From Planctomycetota bacterium (GTDB lineage Bacteria > Planctomycetota > UBA11346): DNA of 64,000 nucleotides. Both the position numbers and the translations under genes were made by a program. Under the pieces are notes generated by a model, which saw only the letters and a program-made list of their open reading frames with translations, made no database searches and had not been told where the DNA came from. Below, one piece after another: positions 27,727 through 36,135 of the stretch. Every line of letters starts with the position of its first letter. Position 1 is the stretch's first letter. The DNA is taken from contig JBBQCI010000006.1 in the NCBI GenBank assembly GCA_038318565.1, positions 6,792 through 70,791 on the forward strand. The letters are read 5' to 3'.

Positions 27727-28281
27727 ATGACGACGCCGCGCCGCATCTACCGCATCTACCACGCCTTGGGTCGCGATGCCGAGACGGTGCGCGACTTCCA
27801 GCAGGCCCAGGGCAAGGACGTCAGCGGGACGGTCAAGCTGCTTATTGCCAAGGACGCCGACAAGCTGCTGCGCAAGTGGGGCGAAGAGATGGCCGAGTTG
27901 TGCGGCGTGCTCGACGGCTCGCATGACGATCCCTACATCATGGAGGCCACCCAGACCTTCTACTGGGGATCGCTCTATGCCGTGGTCCAGGGGCTCGATT
28001 GGGAGCAGCTTGGTTTCGACCAGGTCCGACGCGATGCTGCGACCTGCGGCATCGCCACTGTGCCAGAACTGCAATCGTCAGTTGAACGACTGGTCGGGCT
28101 CGGCCCCGAGGTGGCCAAACCCGCTAAGCTCTTTCTGCTGTGGAATGTCGCCGACCACATCTACCGCCGCCAGACGCCAGCTGATGACCAGCGTTCGCTG
28201 TCCGAATTGATGGCCTACGACCTGCACGAGATGCACGGACGCGACTATCTCAAGCCGATCATCGATCAGATCACCGACTGA
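27727..28281 (+). CDS. MazG-like / phosphoribosyl-ATP pyrophosphohydrolase-like all-alpha NTP pyrophosphatase domain protein
   Basis: KLLRKWGEEMAELCGVL...ATQTFYW resembles the HisE/MazG helical core with EExxE-type acidic residues. Start chosen at MTTPRR (27727). The assignment is tentative. Confidence 0.55.
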   Translation: MTTPRRIYRIYHALGRDAETVRDFQQAQGKDVSGTVKLLIAKDADKLLRKWGEEMAELCGVLDGSHDDPYIMEATQTFYWGSLYAVVQGLDWEQLGFDQVRRDAATCGIATVPELQSSVERLVGLGPEVAKPAKLFLLWNVADHIYRRQTPADDQRSLSELMAYDLHEMHGRDYLKPIIDQITD

Positions 28282-28976
28282 TGGCTGATCTCCTGGTCAT
28301 CGCACCGCATCCCGACGACGCCGATATTCATGCCGGCGGTCTGATCGCGGCGCATGTTCGACTGGGCCGTTCGGTCGTCATTGTTGATGCGACGGCAGGC
28401 GAGCTGGGCAGTCGTGGCACGACGGCGATCCGAGCCGCCGAGGCTGCTGCCGCAGCGACTGACTTGGGCGTTGCCCGCGAACAGCTGGGACTGCCCGATG
28501 GCGGTCTGGCCGCTGGCGACCTCGTCCAGCGGGCGGCAATCGTCGGAGCCATCCGTCGGCACCAGCCTCGCACGGTCGTCACGCTGTCCGGTCACGCCCG
28601 TCATCCCGACCACATCGCCTTGGCAGACCTGGTGCGCGCCGCGGTCAAGGCAGCAGCGCTCCACAAGCTGCCAGCCCCGGGTGATGCCCCTGCTGCGCCC
28701 GATGTGCGTCTGTGGTTTGTCGAAGCTGAACTGCCTGGCACGCCGACGCTACTGGTGCCGCTGACCACGGCCGATTGGCAATGCAAGATGCGTGCGGTCG
28801 GCCGCTATGGCAGCCAGCTGGCTGGCAGCGGACCGGAAACGACGATCAGCCGGCCTGGTTTTTCCTCCTGGATCGAAGCCCGTGGACGTGCTTGGGGCTG
28901 GCAGGCCGGGGCCGATTACGCTGAAGCCTTGAGCGGCCCCGAGGCGGCGCGCACGGCGGACTTGTGCGCCATCTGA
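28281..28976 (+). CDS. PIG-L family deacetylase (LmbE/BshB-like)
   Basis: AHPDDADIHAGG and HPDH motifs of the PIG-L zinc deacetylase family. TGATG overlap with the preceding gene. Confidence 0.85.
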   Translation: MADLLVIAPHPDDADIHAGGLIAAHVRLGRSVVIVDATAGELGSRGTTAIRAAEAAAAATDLGVAREQLGLPDGGLAAGDLVQRAAIVGAIRRHQPRTVVTLSGHARHPDHIALADLVRAAVKAAALHKLPAPGDAPAAPDVRLWFVEAELPGTPTLLVPLTTADWQCKMRAVGRYGSQLAGSGPETTISRPGFSSWIEARGRAWGWQAGADYAEALSGPEAARTADLCAI

Positions 28977-30820
28977 CTCCTCCCGAGATCCGGTTGCTTC
29001 CGGATCTGGTCGCCAACCAGATCGCCGCTGGCGAGGTCATCGAGCGGCCAGCAGCGGTGGTGAAAGAACTGGTCGAGAACAGCCTCGACGCTGGCGCGAC
29101 GCGCGTGACGGTGCGGATCGAGGACGGCGGCCGGCGGCTGGTCGAGGTGGTCGACGACGGCCACGGCATGCGTCCAGATCAACTGCGCATGGCTCTCGGA
29201 CGCCATGCGACCTCGAAGATCACCAGTGCCGAAGATTTGTTCCGCGTCATGACGCTTGGCTTCCGCGGCGAGGCCCTGCCGTCGATCGCTGCGGTCAGCG
29301 AGTGCGAGATCGCCAGCCGCACCCACGAGGTCGATGGCGGGCATCGCGTCCTGTGGGCCGGAGCCGAGGAACGCAGCGCCGGGCCGTGCGCGATGGCTCC
29401 GGGCACCCGCATCAGTGTGCGCAACTTGTTCTGGAACGTCCCCGCCCGCCTGAAGTTCCTCAAGAGTGAGGCGAGCGAGACCGGGCACATTGCCGAGCAG
29501 GTGACGCGCTTCGCCCTCTCGCATCCGCACGTCGCTTTCCGCCTAGAGGCCGATGGCCGCACCGACCTTGATCTGCCGCCGCAGGAGGAGCTCGACGGAC
29601 GCATCCGTGCCTTATTTGGCGCTGAATTAGCAGGCGATCTGTGCGCCGTCGTCGCCGGCGATCCAGGCATGGAGGTCACCGGATTCGCTGCCCATCCCCG
29701 GCATGCCAAGCCAACCAGCAAGCGGCAGTATGTCTTCCTGAACGGGCGGTTCGTGCGCGACAAGTTACTGTTGGCGGCAGTGCGCGACGGCTTCAAGGGC
29801 TTTTTGGAACCGCGTCTGCACGGCACGGTATTCCTGCACCTGGACGTCGATCCGGCAGCGGTCGACGTCAACGTACATCCGACTAAGCACGAGGTCCGCT
29901 TCCGCCGCGATGGCGAGGTCTTTGCTCTGATCAGCAAGGCGCTGCAGGCGGCCTTGACCGAGCACCAAGGCGGTTTCCGCCTGCTCAGCGCCGAGGATCG
30001 CGCCAGACTGCCGGTGTCGCCCATCCTGTCGCGCACCGTAGTGAAGCCGCCTTTGGCTCCACCTCCGCCAATGGTCGTGGTGCAGGAGCGGTTCATGCCG
30101 CAACTGCCGCCGCCAGAGCAACCAGCGCCTCGTCCGCTTGATGTGCCATCTGTCCGTCATTCGGTCATCGAGAACAGAGTTGCTGCTGCCGAGGTGTCCT
30201 ACGATCGATCGGCAGCCCGGGCGGAGGTTCGTCCGTCCGGACAGCCAGCTGCGCTCCCTTCGACCATCCGCCGCTTCTGGCAGGTCAACGACATGTTCCT
30301 GGTCATCGAGACCGAACAGGGTCTTCGCGTGGTCGACCAGCATGCCCTGCATGAGAAGGCGCTGTGGCAGGCGTTGGATGCCTCGGTCGGCGATCTCGCC
30401 CATTCCGGCATTCAGCAATTAGCGGTGCCCATCGTGGTCCAGCTGACCGCGGCCGAGATCGGCAGCGTGTCGTCCCTGTTGCCCGAACTGGGCAAGCATG
30501 GCATCGAAGCCGAGCGGTTCGGGCCGTCATCGGTGGCGATCCGCGCCCACCCGACCGCACTCTCGCGCTGCAACTGGGCGCGCTTCCTCGCTGATCTGGC
30601 CGGCGACGGTGCGGTCGCGGTTGAGCGTCTGAGCGAGCGTATCCGCCACAGCGCTGCCTGCCATGCCGCGGTCAAGGCCGGTCAACGACTTGATCATGCC
30701 CAGCAGGCTGAACTGGTGCGCATGCTGTTCACCCTGGAAGGTCTCGAGCACTGTCCGCATGGCCGGCCGACCACCCTCGACCTGAGCTGGCCAGAGCTGG
30801 CGAAACGCTTCCAACGCTAA
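28964..30820 (+). CDS. mutL: DNA mismatch repair protein MutL
   Basis: N-terminal GHKL ATPase motifs LVANQIAAGEVIERPAAVVKELVENSLDAGA, DDGHGM and GFRGEAL. C-terminal dimerisation region with QHALHEK and CPHGRP. GTG start. Confidence 0.92.
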   Translation: MRHLTPPEIRLLPDLVANQIAAGEVIERPAAVVKELVENSLDAGATRVTVRIEDGGRRLVEVVDDGHGMRPDQLRMALGRHATSKITSAEDLFRVMTLGFRGEALPSIAAVSECEIASRTHEVDGGHRVLWAGAEERSAGPCAMAPGTRISVRNLFWNVPARLKFLKSEASETGHIAEQVTRFALSHPHVAFRLEADGRTDLDLPPQEELDGRIRALFGAELAGDLCAVVAGDPGMEVTGFAAHPRHAKPTSKRQYVFLNGRFVRDKLLLAAVRDGFKGFLEPRLHGTVFLHLDVDPAAVDVNVHPTKHEVRFRRDGEVFALISKALQAALTEHQGGFRLLSAEDRARLPVSPILSRTVVKPPLAPPPPMVVVQERFMPQLPPPEQPAPRPLDVPSVRHSVIENRVAAAEVSYDRSAARAEVRPSGQPAALPSTIRRFWQVNDMFLVIETEQGLRVVDQHALHEKALWQALDASVGDLAHSGIQQLAVPIVVQLTAAEIGSVSSLLPELGKHGIEAERFGPSSVAIRAHPTALSRCNWARFLADLAGDGAVAVERLSERIRHSAACHAAVKAGQRLDHAQQAELVRMLFTLEGLEHCPHGRPTTLDLSWPELAKRFQR

Positions 30821-30823
30821 GCA

Positions 30824-30897
30824 ACGGAGCGCGGCCAGTTTGGTGGCCCGGGAGTGCATAAAACGAAAAAGCCCCGGCGAAACTGGCCGCGCTCCGT
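30824..30897. repeat. perfect 18-bp inverted repeat with 38-nt spacer immediately after mutL stop
   Basis: ACGGAGCGCGGCCAGTTT (30824-30841) and AAACTGGCCGCGCTCCGT (30880-30897). The spacer has its own CCGGG/CCCGG dyad. An 8-bp hairpin CCGTGCGC-n6-GCGCACGG (30894-30915) partly overlaps the right arm. Confidence 0.6.
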
Positions 30898-31214
30898 GCG
30901 CCCATCAGCGCACGGCACGTGTGGGGTACAAGCCCCTGTACCGACCGGAGAGTGTATCGAGTTGCATCTTGCCTTACACGAACGAGGGGGGTAGTTTTTA
31001 CTCTGATGCTGCGGGGACTTGTCTCCGGGTCTCCGCCTAGCCAACGCCTTTGGGATTCCTGCATGCGGTCTCGAGACGTCTGGCCCGATCGGTTTGCGAC
31101 CCGGATTCGACACGGACGTCTGCTGGTAAATCATCCCCTCAGCCGGTATCGCCACCGCGATCCAGGCTGTAGGACTGCGGCGTCCGACCGAGGTGTCGTG
31201 GCGCTGCCTGCGGT

Positions 31215-34091
31215 ATGTCCGCCAGCGGGCGCCCAGCCGTGAGCAGCGAGCGTCCTCCTCTTTTCGATGGGCCATCACGAGACGCACCAGCGGGCCGCGA
31301 CGACCTGGCGCAGCAATTGGACGAGCTGCGGTTGCGCCAGCAGCAACTGGAACGCGAAAACGAGATTCTGCGCCAGAACGCCGAGCGCTATCGCAGCTAC
31401 TCCGATCACCTCGCCGATGCTGTATTCGTTCATGATTCCGCCGGACGCTTCGTCGAGGTCAACCGCCAAGCCTGCGCCAGTCTCGGGTACACGCGGGACG
31501 AACTTCTGGCCATGACCGTCTTCGACATCGAGCAGGATGTCGACTTCGCCACCGCCCAGGCAACGTGGAGCCGCCTCACCACCGATCAGCGCTTCACCCT
31601 CGAAGCACATCAACGCCGCAAGGACGGCACCGTCTTTCCCGTCGAGATCACCTTTAACTGCTTCGAAGTCGCAGGCCAGCGCCTGGTCCAGAGACAGACC
31701 CGAGATGTCGCCGAACGCTCGTCGCTACATCAAGAATTGACGGCGATTGAACAGAGATATCGCACGTTGTTTGATGTCGCACCTGTGCCCTTCGCGCTCA
31801 ATGATGCGTCGCAACGTATCCTGCGGTTGAATGCGGCCTTCATTCAGACATTCGGCTATACCTTGGAGGACATCCCAACCCTGGCCGACTGGTGGTCTAG
31901 AGCCTATCCCGATCCGGACTACCGCCGGTGGGTGGACAAGACCTGGCAGCAGCATCTGGATACGGCCGCGCGCAACGGCACCACCTTTGAGCCGATGGAA
32001 CTCACCATCCGCTGCAAGGATGGTTCGCAGGTTGTAGCCCTGGTCGGAGCCGAGGCCTTGGCGGGATCGGCGGACGGTTTGCACCTGGTGATGCTGCACG
32101 ATATCAGCACGCGCCAAAAGGCTGATGCGGCGCTACGCGAATTGGCAGAGCACCAAACCGCCATCCTCGATGCCCTGCCGGCGCATATCGCCCTGCTCGA
32201 TCCGCATGGCGTCATTATGGCGGTGAACAGCAGCTGGCGGTATTTTGCCTCAGCCAACGCCTTGCAGAGCACGGATTTCTGTGTCGGACGCAACTACCTC
32301 AAGGTGTGCGATTCGGCGGCCGGTGACTGTTCTCAGGAGGCGCGACAGGTCGCTGATGGGCTGCGCGCCGTACTGAGTGGATCGCAGCGTGATTTCTCCA
32401 TCGAATACCCCTGCCACTCGCCAGACACGAAGCGCTGGTTCCGGCTGATGGCCACCCGTCTGCATCAGGAGCGCCTCGCCGGGGTGGTGGTCATGCACGT
32501 CAATGTTACCGATCGACGGCTGGCCGAGGAGGGGCTGCGCCGCAACACGCTCTTGCTCGAGGATTCGCAATCCACCGCGCAGGTGGGAGGCTGGGAACTC
32601 GATCTTGCCACCAATGACCTGTTCTGGACCGCCGAGACCTATCGCATCCATGACACCTCGCAGGCGGAATTCAATCCGACTGTGGATGCCGCCGTCGGTT
32701 ATTTCCTGCCTGAATCCAGGCGAATCATCTCCCTGGCGTTGCAAGCTGCAATGGAACTCGGTGAAGGCTATGATCTGGTGTTGGAAGCCCTGACCATCAA
32801 GGGCCGCAGGATCGACGTGCGTACCACCTGCAAAGTGACGCTGCACGAAGGTCGCCCAGCTAAACTGACCGGTATCTTCCAGGACATCACCGAGCAGATG
32901 CAGGCGGCCGAGGTGAAGAAGCAGCTGGAGGCGCAGCTCTTTCAGGCGATGAAGATGGAATCTTTAGGTGTTTTGGCGGGCGGCATTGCGCATGACTTCA
33001 ACAACATTCTGACCGCGATCCTGGGCTACACCAATCTGGCCATGCAATGGAACGCCACGGATGTGCGCACGGTCAAGGCATTGGGACAGGTCATCGCCGC
33101 GGGCGATCGTGCCCAAGACCTGGTCAAGCAGATCCTCAGCTTCAGCCGGCGTGGCGTGCAGACCCAGACGCTTTGTGATCTCGGTCAATTGGTCGAGGAG
33201 GTTGGTGCGTTGATGCAGGTCGGACGTCCCCGCAATATCGCCTATCAGGTGAGCGGGACGGAGCAGAAATATCTCATCCTGGGTGACTCCTCGCAGATGC
33301 ACCAAGTGCTGACCAATCTCTGCGTCAATGCCATCCAGGCCATGCCTGACGGCGGACGCCTCGCGGTCTTGCTGGATGCCTGCTCGTTCGCTCTAGGGCA
33401 GCCGCGACCACATGCCGCCCTGCGCGACGAGCACTATTGTCGGATCCAGGTGCAGGACAGCGGCACGGGCATCCCCGCCCATATCCAGGCACGGATTTTT
33501 GAACCGTTTTTCTCCACCAAAGGCGCGCAGGGCACCGGACTCGGCTTGTCCGTCGTCCATGGAATCCTTACCGGCCATCGCGGGGCCATCACTGTCGATT
33601 CGCAGGTCGGCACCGGCACTGTCTTCACCGTCTACTTGCCGACGGTCACGGCCGAGACTCGCATCCCAAGCGATCGGCAACCCGCCACACCCATGGCCGC
33701 CGGACGCGTTCTGTTGATCGCCGAAACGGCGTCATTGCGGTTACTGACGCAGGACATGCTGACGCAGATGGGCTACATCGTCGATGCCTATGCGCAGCCG
33801 GCGCTGGCCTTGGCAGCACTAGCCGATCTCACACGCAACTATGATCTGGTTCTCAGCGAGTTCGCCATGACAGAGCTGAGTGGTCTTCAGGTCTGCGAGA
33901 AACTCCGCGCATTGCAACGGACCATCCCGATCGGCGTGATGGCACCGGTCCTGACAGAGTCAGACTGGGCCAGCCTCAAGGCTGCCGACGCGTCGTTCAT
34001 CCTCACCGCTCCATTCTCCTATTTCGAACTGGCGAGGGAGATATCACAATCCATCATGCATGGAATGGCGTCGTCCAAGGAGCCACTGTGA
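31215..34091 (+). CDS. multi-PAS sensor hybrid histidine kinase with degenerate C-terminal receiver
   Basis: N-terminal coiled coil, then several PAS/PAC modules. H-box GGIAHDFNNILTAILGY. HATPase N/G boxes NLCVNAIQA, DSGTGIP and GTGLGLS. The C-terminal receiver-like domain lacks the acidic pocket. Confidence 0.85.
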   Translation: MSASGRPAVSSERPPLFDGPSRDAPAGRDDLAQQLDELRLRQQQLERENEILRQNAERYRSYSDHLADAVFVHDSAGRFVEVNRQACASLGYTRDELLAMTVFDIEQDVDFATAQATWSRLTTDQRFTLEAHQRRKDGTVFPVEITFNCFEVAGQRLVQRQTRDVAERSSLHQELTAIEQRYRTLFDVAPVPFALNDASQRILRLNAAFIQTFGYTLEDIPTLADWWSRAYPDPDYRRWVDKTWQQHLDTAARNGTTFEPMELTIRCKDGSQVVALVGAEALAGSADGLHLVMLHDISTRQKADAALRELAEHQTAILDALPAHIALLDPHGVIMAVNSSWRYFASANALQSTDFCVGRNYLKVCDSAAGDCSQEARQVADGLRAVLSGSQRDFSIEYPCHSPDTKRWFRLMATRLHQERLAGVVVMHVNVTDRRLAEEGLRRNTLLLEDSQSTAQVGGWELDLATNDLFWTAETYRIHDTSQAEFNPTVDAAVGYFLPESRRIISLALQAAMELGEGYDLVLEALTIKGRRIDVRTTCKVTLHEGRPAKLTGIFQDITEQMQAAEVKKQLEAQLFQAMKMESLGVLAGGIAHDFNNILTAILGYTNLAMQWNATDVRTVKALGQVIAAGDRAQDLVKQILSFSRRGVQTQTLCDLGQLVEEVGALMQVGRPRNIAYQVSGTEQKYLILGDSSQMHQVLTNLCVNAIQAMPDGGRLAVLLDACSFALGQPRPHAALRDEHYCRIQVQDSGTGIPAHIQARIFEPFFSTKGAQGTGLGLSVVHGILTGHRGAITVDSQVGTGTVFTVYLPTVTAETRIPSDRQPATPMAAGRVLLIAETASLRLLTQDMLTQMGYIVDAYAQPALALAALADLTRNYDLVLSEFAMTELSGLQVCEKLRALQRTIPIGVMAPVLTESDWASLKAADASFILTAPFSYFELAREISQSIMHGMASSKEPL

Positions 34092-34480
34092 AGTCCCACC
34101 GCATCCTGCTGGTCGATGACGATCCAGCCATTGCCGAACTGCTGCGCATCCATTTCGAGGCCGACGGTTTCGACGTTGAAGTCGCCGACAATGGCAAGGC
34201 GGCGATGGCGCTGTTGAACAGCAGGCCATTCGACCTGATCATCACCGACTTATTCATGCCCGACATGGATGGCCTGGAACTGATCAAAGAACTTCCCCGC
34301 AAACACAGCGCCATCAAGATTATCGCGGTGTCTGGTGGTGGCTCTGCACTGAGTGCCGAGGTATTCCTCAAGATCGCCCAATATCATAGTGGGGTAGTTA
34401 GGACCTTCGAGAAGCCCTACGCATGCGGCGACCTAGTGCAGGCGGCCAAGGACATCCTGATGCCGGTGTGCAATACCTGA
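34088..34480 (+). CDS. single-domain response regulator (CheY-like receiver)
   Basis: LLVDDDP and DLIITDLFMPDMDG are present, with a conserved Ser (AVSGG) and Lys (FEKP). GTGA overlap with the kinase stop. Confidence 0.85.
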   Translation: MKSHRILLVDDDPAIAELLRIHFEADGFDVEVADNGKAAMALLNSRPFDLIITDLFMPDMDGLELIKELPRKHSAIKIIAVSGGGSALSAEVFLKIAQYHSGVVRTFEKPYACGDLVQAAKDILMPVCNT

Positions 34481-34789
34481 CCATCGTCGCGTTGGCGGGG
34501 GATCCATTCGCGCACACAGTCCGCAAAGGGGGTCCAGACGGAGGACGATGGTATGGCTGCACGACAAGGTGTTCTGCGAACGGACTCTTCGGGCGGCCTG
34601 GCGGCCGGGGCCAAAATCGATGGCCAAAGGCCTTCTTCGCCGGCCTAGGACTCTTCTCGCTCGGAGAGGCCCACCGCCGGTTCCTTCAGCCCTGTTGAGG
34701 ACAACACGACAACCGGAGAGCCGTATGCGGGCAATCCGCCAGTACGGTTCGGAGGGAGGGGCGGCCCGAAAGGACCGTCCCTACCCCTA

Positions 34790-36031
34790 TCATTCCTTCG
34801 GCGGGACGATCTGGGTCGGCAGGGTGCCGTCTGCCGGTTTGACTTCGGCTGCAGGAGCCGGAGCTGGCGCAGGCGCAGGCTGACCTGCCTCTTCGCGTTT
34901 TGCTTCGTCTTCCAGCTCCTTTGCCAGCTTGTCGAGGTCTTCGAGATCTTCGTCATCCCAGTAATCGTCTTCGCGGACGACCAGGTAGGTCAGCATGCCG
35001 CCGCCGATGAACAAGTTCAGGCAGTAGCCGAGAATCAGGGCGCCAACCAGCACCTGCCAGCAGCCGGCGATCAGGCCCGAACCCCAACGGTAGAAACCGT
35101 CTGTCTCGGTGCGGCTGTATTCATAGCCGCCGCCAAACGAGTAGCTCCGAGTCTGCTGCTGCAGCATGACCTTGCCCATGGCGACCGGATCCACCCACGA
35201 CAGCGCCCGCACCGAGAGCTCCTGGGCGCGGTCCTCGACCCGCGCCGGATCGGAACGGCCGGACTCGGATCCCCACACCGGCTGGTTCACAGCTGAGAAG
35301 CGCAGGTAGCTTCCGGCCGTTTGGCACAGGCCATAAGCGAACCAGATGAAGACGCCGGTCAGGGCCAAGCTGGCCACCAGGATATGCGGGCGGGTGCCGA
35401 CCGCTTCGATGGTGTCGACGACGTTGTCGAACCAGCCGTGGCGGCGGACCGCGACGATGGCCGGGAACACGAACATACCAAACAGCACGGCGATGCTCAG
35501 CAGCAGGGCGAAGATAGCGGCGAAGAATCCGAGCGGGTAGAGCAGCGCGTAGACCAGGCCACCAGCGTAGGGGATCGAGCCGACGAACAGCGGGAACCAG
35601 ATCAGCAGGCCATGAACGGCGGCGACCAGCACAGCCAGGAACACCGGCACCAGGATGGCAGCCAGGATCCGTCCCTTGAACTGTCCAAGCGCCTCGCTGA
35701 AGGAGAGGAACTCGTCATCGAGCAGGTCTGCCTTCATGAACACGGCGACCAGGGTGGCGCCAAGCCCGAAGATGATCAGGCCGGCGACCAGGAAGCCGAT
35801 CGATACAGGCCAGATCCATGAGCCGAGGTCGGGAGCGATGACCCCGAAGAGGTGGGTCCACAGCCCCAGGACCAGCAGTGTCGCAGCCGATACCGCCATG
35901 CACTTCGGCTTGAACGCCAGCATAGGGGCGGTGAAGAGGTCCTTCCAGGTCCACGTGCGCGGCTCAGGCTTCCACTCGGCGGGGGCTTGGGCGTTCTCGG
36001 GGCTGTTGGCGGCCGGCTGCTGTGCGCTCAT
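34790..36031 (-). CDS. polytopic membrane protein with acidic/PA-repeat C-terminal tail
   Basis: About 8 hydrophobic segments. The C-terminus is DDEDLEDLDKLAKELEDEAKREEAGQPAPAPAPAPAAE. Start chosen at MSAQQP (36031). It is divergent from the Ser/Thr kinase gene. Confidence 0.6.
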   Translation of the reverse strand: MSAQQPAANSPENAQAPAEWKPEPRTWTWKDLFTAPMLAFKPKCMAVSAATLLVLGLWTHLFGVIAPDLGSWIWPVSIGFLVAGLIIFGLGATLVAVFMKADLLDDEFLSFSEALGQFKGRILAAILVPVFLAVLVAAVHGLLIWFPLFVGSIPYAGGLVYALLYPLGFFAAIFALLLSIAVLFGMFVFPAIVAVRRHGWFDNVVDTIEAVGTRPHILVASLALTGVFIWFAYGLCQTAGSYLRFSAVNQPVWGSESGRSDPARVEDRAQELSVRALSWVDPVAMGKVMLQQQTRSYSFGGGYEYSRTETDGFYRWGSGLIAGCWQVLVGALILGYCLNLFIGGGMLTYLVVREDDYWDDEDLEDLDKLAKELEDEAKREEAGQPAPAPAPAPAAEVKPADGTLPTQIVPPKE

Positions 36032-36135
36032 GGGCTGGGAAGCTAGGTGGTTGTCCGGCAGCGGCAACCCGTCGTTGGAGCATCGTCCGTACGGACAGTC
36101 CTTGGCACCCGGCCCGGCCGGTGTACACCTAGGGA

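Noticed and set aside
31103-31111. GGATTCGAC, identical to the conserved motif near the 5' end of tmRNA, with a nearby TTTGCGA.
   Set aside because: No GGGG acceptor 5' end precedes it. No T-arm or CCA 3' end follows at the right distance, because that position lies inside the well-supported PAS kinase CDS. The in-frame 'tag' would end ...VCW, unlike Ala-rich tmRNA tags. I treat it as a chance match.
34481-34789. Possible SRP (4.5S) RNA or RNase P RNA in the long gap.
   Set aside because: I could not find the helix-8 motif (GGAA tetraloop with AGCA internal-loop pattern) on either strand. I also could not find the RNase P GGAAAGTCCGG motif. The gap is kept only as an unexplained gap with low interest.
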